Virus record (IMG/VR): IMGVR_UViG_3300046007_007003
DNA: 64,000 nt
From: an uncultured virus (IMG/VR IMGVR_UViG_3300046007_007003)
Taxonomy: Duplodnaviria > Heunggongvirae > Uroviricota > Caudoviricetes
Direction: 5' to 3' (one strand)
Shown: piece by piece, positions 45,393 to 54,377 of the stretch
Layout: each line of letters starts with the position of its first letter
How positions within the stretch are numbered: the first letter of the stretch is position 1
Position numbers and translations under genes: made by a program
The notes under the pieces: generated by a model
Told to the model about the DNA's origin: nothing
Database searches by the model: none
What the model saw: the letters and a program-made list of their open reading frames with translations, nothing else

Positions 45393-47908
45393 ACCGGCCT
45401 CCTATTCGGTAGTGCAGGCGGACGCTGCGCCGCTACACGGAGTTGCATCTGTGCGCGCATTGTCTCACGTTCCGCGGCCGCACGCAACTTTTCACGCGCC
45501 AATTCCTCGGTTTGGCGCATCCTCGCGTTGAACTCGCGAGCCCGCTCGTCCAGCTTCTGACGCTCCAGTTGCAGATCCGCGCGATCCTTCTGAATAGACG
45601 CCTCGGCCTGCATCCGGCGAATGCCAAGCTCCTCCTGCTTGAGCGCAACCAACGGATCAGGGCCCTCGCCTTCCCCAGTAGAAGCAATCTGGGCGGTCAG
45701 AACCTTCAGGTTCTGCATCTCCTCGGCAATGTATTGCGCAACCAACCCGTCAATCTGCGCCATCATGTCAGGGCTAAGTTGCGGAGCACCCTGCGGACCC
45801 ATCATCTGCGGGCCAAGCATCTGCATCGCCTCCGCCATCGCACGCTCCTGCGCCTTGAACTTGGCGTGCTCCATGACATGCTTCTGCAACGACACCGCAA
45901 CAGGAATGGATTGCGCCACAAGCGCCGACGACCCGAAAACAAGATGCGCCATAATGTGCGCGTCGTGGTTCTGGCCCTCAAACGCCATCAACTGCACCTG
46001 ATTGAGCGCGTCGATGTTCTCCTGAGCAGGGTCCTTCGGCTGCGGCTGACCCTCGTCCTTCGGCTTCAACAAACGGTCGACGTCGCGCACACCAAGCGCG
46101 TCGTACATCCGATAAAACGCCTCGTACACGTCGTGCAGGTCCGGCGCCTGCATCGCCATCTGCAACTGAGCCTGCGCCAAGGCAATCCGTTGCGACTGAC
46201 TGAAGATGTTCGGGTCAGAAACAGGAACAATGTCCACACGGTCGTCAAAATCCGCCGCCATAACCGTCTGATCCGCACCCGCAATCGAATACGGATACAC
46301 AGGAGGCAGCGTTTCCGCCATCACACGCGCCAGAATCTTGAACTCCTGACGCATCGCGTAGTGCAGGCGCTTGTGGATCGCACTCATCACCCGAGTGCCC
46401 TGCTCCAACAGCGCAATCGTCGTCCCAACAGCCGCCTGCTCGTTGCTGTCGCCAACCTTCAGGTCCGTAATCGTCGCAAACCGCTGACCCGCCTGAACCA
46501 CAAAACCCAACAGGTTCATCAGCGTCGCAGACGGCTCCTTGAACGGCAACGGCATCAATCCGTCCCGAATAGCCCCGCCCGGACTGTCTACATCCCGAAA
46601 TTCACCCGGCTGGATCGGCGACTCGTCGTCCCTGATCCGTAGGCCGCGGATCTTGAACCCCGCAGGAAGGTTGGACAGCGTCCCAGCGTCAATCAACTGC
46701 CGCAAAGCCGCCGTCGCCGTCCGCGACAACCCACCAATCGTGTGGATCAAGCCCAAACCGTAGAAACCAAAACCCGGCAGGAACTTGTAATGCACGAAAT
46801 AGTGGATCTTCCGACGCATCGGATCGTCCTCGCGGTAGTTCCGACGTATCGCCAAAACCTTCCCGCTATCCTCAACCACCGTCACAATGTACGGCAGCCG
46901 AATCCCAGTCTCCTCGTCATCCTCTCCACGGTCCTCGAACCCCGGAAGGTCCAAATCGACGTGAAATTCTAGCAAAGTCACGTCATAGTCGATGTTCGTC
47001 GGGCTCTGACCCTTAATCAGGTCCTCAATCTCGGTCGTGTCGTCCGCACGAGCCGCCGCAGGCTGAACAGGAACGTCCAAATAGAAGCCCGAAACCTGCA
47101 TCTTGCGGACGTCGTTCCACGGCAGACGGACCATCTGCGCCACAAACGGCGCCGTGGCCAGATCCGAGGCGTCATACGGCACAACCAAGTTCTCAGCAGG
47201 CACGAACCGCGAGACAGGACGCCCCAAACTCTCGTCAAAGTAGACTTTTTTGAAGGAACTACCAGCAAGAGGCAAGTGGAAGAGCAACTGATCGAACTCC
47301 GGAGTGTACTCCTCCATCTCGTTCATCAGGTAGTAGTTCATAAAGTCCTTGACGCGCCGCCCTTGGGCCTCTTTTTCCCGCGTCCGATCCCCCAAAACCT
47401 GCGTCCGAACCGGACCCTCCGCCGGAAGAAGCTCGTTGAAGGCCTGTGCCTGAAATTGTGTCGCAGCCTCGGCCAAAAGCGGATGCGTCACACCCGTCGC
47501 ACCACGGAAAGGCTGCGTCCGCTCCTCGTATTTGAAGCCCAGAAGCTCCAAACCCTTGGAATATTCCTCCTCCCAGTCCCCACGACTGCCCTTTGCCGCG
47601 TCAAATTGCGCCATCAGGTCGTTCGCAAGCACCCCAAGGTCGGAATCGGTCATAAATTCAGCCAAGTTGGCCGAAAACTCCGCCCCCGCCGCGTCATCGC
47701 GTTCGTCAGCGTCAAACTCGACGGTCACGCTACCGTCGTCCTCCATCTCAATCTCAATGCCCGGAGGCAACGGACGCTCAAGGTCCACCGCCGTTCCGGG
47801 CATCTCGATCTCAAGATCCGCCATCATGTCGGCGCGCATCTCTTCCGACTCAGGGCTCCGAGAACGCTCGACAAAGGAAACAGGCGTATTGCGGGGAGGT
47901 ATGGCCAT
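45389..47908 (-). CDS. Portal protein
   Basis: 839 aa; HPLLAEA..QFQA, LPLAGS.FKKVY, GFYGLG, LRQLIDAG. Confidence 0.85.
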   Translation of the reverse strand: MAIPPRNTPVSFVERSRSPESEEMRADMMADLEIEMPGTAVDLERPLPPGIEIEMEDDGSVTVEFDADERDDAAGAEFSANLAEFMTDSDLGVLANDLMAQFDAAKGSRGDWEEEYSKGLELLGFKYEERTQPFRGATGVTHPLLAEAATQFQAQAFNELLPAEGPVRTQVLGDRTREKEAQGRRVKDFMNYYLMNEMEEYTPEFDQLLFHLPLAGSSFKKVYFDESLGRPVSRFVPAENLVVPYDASDLATAPFVAQMVRLPWNDVRKMQVSGFYLDVPVQPAAARADDTTEIEDLIKGQSPTNIDYDVTLLEFHVDLDLPGFEDRGEDDEETGIRLPYIVTVVEDSGKVLAIRRNYREDDPMRRKIHYFVHYKFLPGFGFYGLGLIHTIGGLSRTATAALRQLIDAGTLSNLPAGFKIRGLRIRDDESPIQPGEFRDVDSPGGAIRDGLMPLPFKEPSATLMNLLGFVVQAGQRFATITDLKVGDSNEQAAVGTTIALLEQGTRVMSAIHKRLHYAMRQEFKILARVMAETLPPVYPYSIAGADQTVMAADFDDRVDIVPVSDPNIFSQSQRIALAQAQLQMAMQAPDLHDVYEAFYRMYDALGVRDVDRLLKPKDEGQPQPKDPAQENIDALNQVQLMAFEGQNHDAHIMAHLVFGSSALVAQSIPVAVSLQKHVMEHAKFKAQERAMAEAMQMLGPQMMGPQGAPQLSPDMMAQIDGLVAQYIAEEMQNLKVLTAQIASTGEGEGPDPLVALKQEELGIRRMQAEASIQKDRADLQLERQKLDERAREFNARMRQTEELAREKLRAAAERETMRAQMQLRVAAQRPPALPNRRPV

Positions 47909-47966
47909 CAGATCTTCTCCAAGAAGCCAGACAAACCTAACACACAGGCTCTCAACTGGCTAGGCT

Positions 47967-49940
47967 TCACCGCCGGAACATGTCCCTCGCGATTGACGAC
48001 AAAGACGCAACGCCGCCCTCCGAGAAATACGGAACACGAGGCACCATTACAGGCGTCGGCATGAACCCAACACCGCGCGCGAACTGCGAACCGCGAGCCG
48101 CGATGTCGTAAAGGTCGGGAAGACCAATCATCCCGGGTGTGGGAGCCATGAACGGGTTATACGTCTCAGGGGCATAGGCCACAGGCGGAGGTGCAGTGCC
48201 GGGCCCGACAGGAGTAGGACCAACCGGAGTGGGGCCGACAGGCGTCGGACCGACCGGCGTGGGGCCGACCGGAGTAGGACCAACCGGGGTGGGACCAACC
48301 GGGGTGGGACCAACCGGAGTGGGACCAACCGGAGTGGGACCAACCGGAGTGGGACCGACCGGCGTCGGAGTAGGCGTAGGAGTAGGCGTCGGAACGGGCG
48401 TAGGAGTAGGCGTCGGAACGGGCGTCGGACGAGGGGGAGGAACAGGAATAACCTCCGGCGTCGGCGCAGGTACCGGGCGCGGGGGAGGGACGGGGACAGG
48501 CTGACGAACAGGGTCCCTTACCGGCGTCGGACGAGGGGGAGGAACTGGAACAGGCTCCCTTACCGGCGTCGGACGCGGCGGCGGTACAGGGACAGGCTGA
48601 CGAGCAGGCGCCGCGGGCAGCGCTCCGGGCTCATAAATGGGCGGGGTAACGACGATAGTACCCGGGCGTGGCGCCGCGGGAAGGGTACCCACCGGAACCT
48701 CGGGCCTACCAGCAACGACAGGCGAAGGAGAAGCCGCAGGAAGACTGCCCACCGGAACGTTGGGCCTACCAGCAACGACAGGCGAAGGAGAAGCCGCAGG
48801 AAGACTGCCCACCGGAACGTTGGGCCTACCAGCAACGACAGGCGAAGGAGAAGCCGCGGGAAGGGTACCCACCGGAACCTCGGGCCTACCAGCAACGACA
48901 GGCGAAGGAGAAGCCGCAGGAAGACTGCCCACCGGAACGTTGGGCCTACCAGCAACGACAGGCGAAGGAACCTGTGCGTTCTTGATCGTCGAGGGCTTGG
49001 GCGTGGTAGTGAACGTCGGCGCAGGAACAGTGATCGTTCCAAGGTCGATGACCGGGGGAGCCGCAGGAAGAGATCCCACAGGAACGTCGAACCTTCCCGC
49101 AGAAACAGGCGACGACACAGACGGAGCCTGCGTAAACGACCCAATGCCCGCCTCAAGATCCCCAAGACTCGGAGCAGGACCCGCATCCGTAGACGTCGAC
49201 GTCTTGAAACGGTCCAAGGCCCTCGTCACAGCGTTCGATGCCCTGATAGAAGCGTTGAGAATCGGATTGCCCGAGAGCGCCGTTTGAGTCGGCGACAGAG
49301 TCGGACCCGCCAAAACGCCAGCGCCTAAAAGATTAAGAAGCGCGGACCCCGCTCCGCCAACCACGGACGGCGCTGCCGGCAAGTTCGCCGCAACCGACGG
49401 AGCAAGAGATGTCACCCCAGCCCGCGCAGCGTTCATAATCACAGGAGCCGCAACCGCCAGCGCAGGAACAGCCGCCTCCGCCGTCCCAATCGGGCTCAAA
49501 GAAACCCGGCCACCGCCGGGCCCCGGGCCGACGTCCGCGGGCCCCGCAAATGGCGACGTTGCCTGAATGCTGCCAACAGGACGCATCGGCGGCGTGACAA
49601 CGGTCGGACGGGCAGGGGATACAGGTGCGGAGACAGGGGCCCGGTCATCCCGAGCCACGGAAGGGGTGGTCGTTTTTGCAGGGGTGGTCTTGGCGGGGGT
49701 GGATGCCGCAGGCTTTGCAGGCGTCGCCTTGGCCGGAGTCGACGGGGCCCGGTCATCCCGAGCACTAGAGGGGGCCGGGGTGGCCTTCGCTGGGGTGGCC
49801 TTCGCTGGGGTGGCCTTCGCTGGGGTGGCCTTCGCTGGGGTAGATGCGGCGGGTTTCGTAGGCGTGGACTTCGCCGGAGCCGAAGACGAGGACTTCGGCC
49901 CAGCCTGCCCTCCAGACTTCGCTATTTCTCTTGGAGGCAT
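47967..49940 (-). CDS. Pro-rich low-complexity repeat protein
   Basis: 657 aa ORF coupled to neighbours; TPAKA, 20-aa and GPTPV tandem repeats. Confidence 0.65.
   Translation of the reverse strand: MPPREIAKSGGQAGPKSSSSAPAKSTPTKPAASTPAKATPAKATPAKATPAKATPAPSSARDDRAPSTPAKATPAKPAASTPAKTTPAKTTTPSVARDDRAPVSAPVSPARPTVVTPPMRPVGSIQATSPFAGPADVGPGPGGGRVSLSPIGTAEAAVPALAVAAPVIMNAARAGVTSLAPSVAANLPAAPSVVGGAGSALLNLLGAGVLAGPTLSPTQTALSGNPILNASIRASNAVTRALDRFKTSTSTDAGPAPSLGDLEAGIGSFTQAPSVSSPVSAGRFDVPVGSLPAAPPVIDLGTITVPAPTFTTTPKPSTIKNAQVPSPVVAGRPNVPVGSLPAASPSPVVAGRPEVPVGTLPAASPSPVVAGRPNVPVGSLPAASPSPVVAGRPNVPVGSLPAASPSPVVAGRPEVPVGTLPAAPRPGTIVVTPPIYEPGALPAAPARQPVPVPPPRPTPVREPVPVPPPRPTPVRDPVRQPVPVPPPRPVPAPTPEVIPVPPPRPTPVPTPTPTPVPTPTPTPTPTPVGPTPVGPTPVGPTPVGPTPVGPTPVGPTPVGPTPVGPTPVGPTPVGPTPVGPGTAPPPVAYAPETYNPFMAPTPGMIGLPDLYDIAARGSQFARGVGFMPTPVMVPRVPYFSEGGVASLSSIARDMFRR
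48200..48365. repeat. 15-bp coding tandem repeat (GPTPV, about 11 copies)
   Basis: GGACCAACCGGAGTG-like units. Confidence 0.85.
48673..48969. repeat. 60-bp coding tandem repeat, 5 copies of two variants
   Basis: GGGCCTACCAGCAACGACAGGCGAAGGA recurs every 60 bp; order A-B-B-A-B. Confidence 0.9.
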
Positions 49941-50929
49941 CAGACAAACCCCTGACGAAGACCAAACGGATCATCCTGCTGACCCAGTGGGGGCAACCCA
50001 AACATCGGCGGCGGAAGTGCCCCTTGCTGACCCTGAGCCATCCCAAACTGCGGGGCACTCGGCATCGGCGAAGGCATGAACGCACCCGCCGCACCAACCG
50101 GCTGGATCGGCGTGAACGCAGGATACTGCGTGATCGGCGGCTGAACAGGCGGCTCTGGCGTAGGCGGCTGAACAGGCTGCTGACCCACAGTGCCAATCAC
50201 AGGCATGACAGGCGGAGCCGCAGGCAGTTGCAGCGCCTCGAAAATCTTCGGCAGATACTCGGCAAAGTTCGTAACGCCACGACCCCGCAAGTACTCCATA
50301 ATCATCGGCTGAAGCGACTGCTGCGTCTGACCCGTCAGGTCCTTGCCCTCGGCAAACGCACGCGCCAACTCCTCCGCGGACAAAGCCTGCGAAGCCTGCG
50401 AAGCCGCCGGTGCCACAACCTCGCTCCGGTCAATGCCGCGACCCGCATTCTCCGCAGCCATCCGCTCCATCGTCGCGTCCGTCCGCGCAAAGTAGTCGTC
50501 AATCTCCGCCTGCGAGTAACCACGCTCCGCAAGATTCTCACGCTGAGCGTCACGGTTGGCAAAAGGATTCGCGGAAAAACCCATGCTGACGTCACGAACA
50601 ATCCCACTGGGAATTGACTTCACCGCCTCAATGAAGCCCCTACCCGTGTTCGCGGCACTCGAAACGACGTTCCGCGCCCCAGACGAGGCGTTGCTTCCAG
50701 AACCACCCGAAGCCGCAGCACTCTTCTGGGCCATGCTCCTGTCATAAGAACTGTCCGCAAACGAAACCTTCTGAACGCCCTTGCCCTCAATGTTCACAGA
50801 CTTGCCGTGATACCCAGCCTCCGCTGCCTCCCGCAAACTTCCAAAAGTAGGCGAACTACTCGACGCCGCCCCACCGTTCCTCAAACGGACAACGCCATAG
50901 TCCGCACCAAGACGCCCACGGTCGATCAT
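49940..50929 (-). CDS. Hypothetical low-complexity protein between terL and portal
   Basis: 329 aa, Ser/Gly- then Pro/Gln-rich; stop overlaps next start. Confidence 0.6.
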   Translation of the reverse strand: MIDRGRLGADYGVVRLRNGGAASSSSPTFGSLREAAEAGYHGKSVNIEGKGVQKVSFADSSYDRSMAQKSAAASGGSGSNASSGARNVVSSAANTGRGFIEAVKSIPSGIVRDVSMGFSANPFANRDAQRENLAERGYSQAEIDDYFARTDATMERMAAENAGRGIDRSEVVAPAASQASQALSAEELARAFAEGKDLTGQTQQSLQPMIMEYLRGRGVTNFAEYLPKIFEALQLPAAPPVMPVIGTVGQQPVQPPTPEPPVQPPITQYPAFTPIQPVGAAGAFMPSPMPSAPQFGMAQGQQGALPPPMFGLPPLGQQDDPFGLRQGFV

Positions 50930-51000
50930 CGACTACCCCCGCCAACAGCAAGACTGACAAACCTTACACCACTTCCGACACACATTCTAGCCGTAGTAAC

Positions 51001-52452
51001 CTACCCATAATACACAACACGCTGCGAAGGCCCCGCATCCTCCCGACCCCAGTCGTCCGTCGGCAACTGAACAAAATTCCCCTGACGATACCGCATCAAC
51101 GCCTGCGTCATACTGTCCACATAGTCGTCATGCTCCCCGTTCGGAAATGCCGCACACTCCTCAATCACCTCGTGCGCCCACTGCTCGTCCGGAGCCCAAA
51201 TCATCCCAGCCTCAAACAACGGCGCTATACTGTGCGCCCGGCTGATCTTGTCCTTCCCACGCGACGGCGTAAAATTCACCACAGGTATCCCCATCTGCCT
51301 CAACTCATGCGTCAACGGCGTACCCGTCGCCTTCGCCTCCACAATCACCGTCTCAGGCTCCCAAAACTTGTACTTCTCCCACGCCACACGCTTCAACTCA
51401 GGGAAATCCCACCGACCCTTCTCCGCATCCAATAACATCAAACTCGGCATCCCAGCCTCGTTCACCTGAAACACACCCCACGTCGTGATCGCAGAATAAT
51501 CCGCTAACTCAGACTTCGAAAACGCCGTGTCATAACTCTGTATCACATACTGCAACTCCGGGACCTTCGATCCCTCCCAAATCTTCCACCACTCACGCTT
51601 CAGTATCGCATTCTCCTCACCCGTCGGATTCTGCTGATACTGCGCATTCCACTTGCTCGGCGGAATCGACGCACGAACCTTCTCTAACTCACCAACAGGC
51701 CAATACTCAGGCCAGCAACTCCGCCCACTCGGCAAAATAGCAGGTAACTCCAAAACCTCCCAAACATCAGCCCGCGGATCACGAGCCTGAGCCTTCAACA
51801 ACTGACCCGTCAGATCCTTCTCACTCCACCGCGTCATCACCACAATAATCGAACCACCCGGCTGCAAACGCTGCCGAGGTCCACCCGTGTACCAGTCCCA
51901 AGCATCCTCAAAACCAGAACTGCTCATCGCAGTCTGTTCTGAATGTGGGTCATCGATGATCACCAAGTCACCACCACGACCCGCCAAGTTCGACCCAACA
52001 CCAACAGCATAATACATCCCACCACGGTCCGTGTCCCACCGACCACTCGCCTTACTGTCCGCCGCCAACCGCACATCAAACACGTCCTTGTAATCATCCC
52101 GGTCCAGCAAATTCTTGACCTTCCGGCCAAAACCTACCGCCAACTCCGTCGTGTGCGTCGCCTGAATGATCTTCATCGACGGGTTCCGACCCATCATCCA
52201 AGCCGGAAACAAGTAACTCGCAAACTCACTCTTCGTGTGCCGCGGGGCCATGTTCACAATCAAACGCTTCAGCTCACCCCTCGCTACACGCTCCAACCTC
52301 TCCGCAATCAAACGATGATGCTCGCCAGCAATGAACTCAGGCCAAACAGACCTCACAAACGACAGAAAATCACCCTGAGAACGCTCCCTACGCTCCAACT
52401 GCGCAAGCCTCAGTTGAAGTTTCAGAAGTCTCTCGTCACGGCCCTCGGACAT
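51001..52452 (-). CDS. terL: Terminase large subunit
   Basis: NMAPRHTKS, IIDDPH, VMTRW, QYQQNP, QSYDTA, FPNGEHDDYVD; AGGAGG RBS. Confidence 0.93.
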   Translation of the reverse strand: MSEGRDERLLKLQLRLAQLERRERSQGDFLSFVRSVWPEFIAGEHHRLIAERLERVARGELKRLIVNMAPRHTKSEFASYLFPAWMMGRNPSMKIIQATHTTELAVGFGRKVKNLLDRDDYKDVFDVRLAADSKASGRWDTDRGGMYYAVGVGSNLAGRGGDLVIIDDPHSEQTAMSSSGFEDAWDWYTGGPRQRLQPGGSIIVVMTRWSEKDLTGQLLKAQARDPRADVWEVLELPAILPSGRSCWPEYWPVGELEKVRASIPPSKWNAQYQQNPTGEENAILKREWWKIWEGSKVPELQYVIQSYDTAFSKSELADYSAITTWGVFQVNEAGMPSLMLLDAEKGRWDFPELKRVAWEKYKFWEPETVIVEAKATGTPLTHELRQMGIPVVNFTPSRGKDKISRAHSIAPLFEAGMIWAPDEQWAHEVIEECAAFPNGEHDDYVDSMTQALMRYRQGNFVQLPTDDWGREDAGPSQRVVYYG

Positions 52453-52472
52453 CGGGATACCTCCTGTATGCT

Positions 52473-52501
52473 AAGATATACGACTAAACGCTGGCTTACA
52501 A
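52473..52501 (-). promoter_or_regulatory. Promoter of terL
   Basis: TTGTAA (52501-52496), 17 nt, TATCTT (52478-52473). Confidence 0.6.
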
Positions 52502-52546
52502 AAATACAATACCCGGGGGTAGGGGACCCATGAAGCCCTTCGTACA

Positions 52547-52562
52547 CGTTTCACGTGAAACA
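52547..52562. promoter_or_regulatory. parS: parS-like palindrome
   Basis: cGTTTCACGTGAAACa; perfect 14-bp palindrome matching the bacterial chromosomal parS consensus. Confidence 0.75.
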
Positions 52563-52952
52563 TACGACGGATCGCATACCGTTGGTAGAATTTAGGTACC
52601 ATTTTTATTTTGGAACGTGATTGTTTGTAACGAACATGGCCCAAGCGCCCGTTCGCTCGGCCACCCGGCCGCGCTGCGCGGCTCGCATCGCGCCGTCACC
52701 GGCTGCGCGCCGGTAGCCTCTATTGCGGCCGGGGCCCCGTGCGCCGGGCGGCGCGGGGCGCGCGCCGGGCGGGGCGGATCGCGGATCGCGGATCGCGTGC
52801 CGGTTGCGCCAGGTCGAGATCCTGGCACAACTGCCGGTTGGGCGCGGCGCGCTCGATCTCGGCACCGGGATCCAGCTGGCCGGGATCCAGCAAGCGAAAG
52901 CCCCGCCCGGCGGACCGGACGGGGCGAGGGCAGGCCAGCGGATCGCGGCGCG

Positions 52953-53126
52953 TCAGGCGGGGCGCGCGGGCTCGAGCAGGCGGGCGGCGCGCGCCTGCGC
53001 GATGTAGCTGCGGGCGGCGGCGATGGCCGCGCGCCGAACGCCCGGGTTGCGGGCGGCGGCGGCGTAGCGGCGACGGGCGGCGGCGCACGAAAGATCGAGC
53101 GCGGACCAATATCCAAGCCGGTTCAT
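52953..53126 (-). CDS. Small Ala/Arg-rich hypothetical protein
   Basis: ATGA overlap with the upstream ORF. Confidence 0.4.
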   Translation of the reverse strand: MNRLGYWSALDLSCAAARRRYAAAARNPGVRRAAIAAARSYIAQARAARLLEPARPA

Positions 53127-53365
53127 GCCGCGCCCCCGACGTTGAAGGCCGCCGCCTGACGCGCGGACCAAGGCCCGCGCTCGAGCGCCGCGATCTCGGC
53201 CGCGCGCAGCGGATAGGACCGGCCGCTAGCGTCGATCCGTTCCCCGTCGACGATATAGGCGAGTGATCCGCCCGGGGCGCGGGGATCCCCGCACCACCAC
53301 GCGGAAAAGCGGGAGCGTCGGCCGGGGATCCGGATGCCGTGATAAACGTGTGTTGCGTTTGCCAT
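53123..53365 (-). CDS. Hypothetical protein
   Basis: AGGAG RBS; preceded by the conserved leader hairpin. Confidence 0.6.
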   Translation of the reverse strand: MANATHVYHGIRIPGRRSRFSAWWCGDPRAPGGSLAYIVDGERIDASGRSYPLRAAEIAALERGPWSARQAAAFNVGGAA

Positions 53366-53547
53366 TGGTAGAGTCTCCTGCGGGCGGGATTGCCCGCCCC
53401 CACCCTCGCATATCTTCGCAGCATCGGGCAAGCGTTATTTCCAACAAAATAAGGGGCGCGGAGGGCGGGTTTCACGGGGCGCGGATCGCTGCCCTCGGGG
53501 CGCGGATCGCGGGGGCCGGTTTCAGCAAAGCAGGGGCGGAGGTTGCC

Positions 53548-53600
53548 GTTGTTTATCACTCGATAAATAAGAGGAGGTTGTTTATCACTCGATAAATAAG
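53548..53600. repeat. Two 24-bp direct repeats with internal dyad
   Basis: GTTGTTTATCACTCGATAAATAAG at 53548-53571 and 53577-53600. Confidence 0.9.
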
Positions 53601-53607
53601 GGCGCGG

Positions 53608-53642
53608 CAAAGAAAAACCCCGCCCGGCTGAACCGGACGGGG
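53608..53642 (-). terminator. Rho-independent terminator
   Basis: CCCCGTCCGG-TTCAG-CCGGGCGGGG followed by TTTTTCTTT. Confidence 0.75.
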
Positions 53643-53673
53643 CGCGGCGCGCGGCAAGCTCGAGCGGGGCGCG

Positions 53674-54294
53674 CTACTCGGCAGCCATGCGGGCGGCGGC
53701 GCTGGCCTTGCGCGTCATATCCGCGACCATCGATTTAAGCTCGGCCGGGTCGCGCTTGTCCGCGTTTCGGTATGGCATGCAGAGCCCGAAAATATCGGAC
53801 CGGCCGTAAAAGGTCACAAGCGCGGGGGAGTGTCCGCAATGGTGAACCTGCGGCTTGCTGAGCTTGTCGCCGAGCATGACAGCCGCCTTGCGGAAGCCTT
53901 CAAGATAGGCGGGGTCGTATTGCGCCAGCGTGCCAAGCTCGGCCATGTCCGGCATGACGCGGGACCAGTCGGGGAAGCTGCCATCGACGGGGCGGAAGAG
54001 GATATCCCCAAGAGTGTAAGCACCGCCGCGCCGGGCGAGACCGATACCGGGGGCCTTGTGCCCCTTCAAAGCCCGGGCGATAATCTCGGCCGGGATGATA
54101 AATTTTTCGCCGGGGATGATTTCGGGCACGCGCGCGACCATCAGGCGGTGCCCGTCAGTTGCGACAAGGTGCAGGGTCGCGCCGTCAGGCTCGACCGAGA
54201 CGCCTTGCAGGTAGTAGCGCGTCTCTTCGGTCGATACGGCAAGCGCGACGGCGCGCAGGATATCGCAGGGCAGAGTAACGTCGAAGTCGGACAT
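53674..54294 (-). CDS. Short DNA polymerase III beta-clamp-like protein
   Basis: AVSTEETRYYLQGV, LVATDGHRL, VDGSFPDWSRVMP; only 206 aa. Confidence 0.75.
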   Translation of the reverse strand: MSDFDVTLPCDILRAVALAVSTEETRYYLQGVSVEPDGATLHLVATDGHRLMVARVPEIIPGEKFIIPAEIIARALKGHKAPGIGLARRGGAYTLGDILFRPVDGSFPDWSRVMPDMAELGTLAQYDPAYLEGFRKAAVMLGDKLSKPQVHHCGHSPALVTFYGRSDIFGLCMPYRNADKRDPAELKSMVADMTRKASAAARMAAE

Positions 54295-54377
54295 TGGCAG
54301 GGCTCCTAAAGCAAGCGGGGCGGGATTGCCCCGCCCCGTGTATCGCATACGCTCGGCCGCGAAGGCAAGCGGTAATT

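Noticed and set aside
48673..48969. CRISPR-like array
   Set aside because: The 60-bp units are contiguous in-frame coding repeats with no unique spacers, and no cas genes are present
53548..53600. Mini-CRISPR or dif site
   Set aside because: Only 5 bp separate the two copies, and there is no match to the XerC/XerD dif consensus
52592..53610. Several overlapping Arg/Pro/Ala-rich ORFs
   Set aside because: Explained by extreme local GC content; only the two RBS- or overlap-supported ORFs were kept
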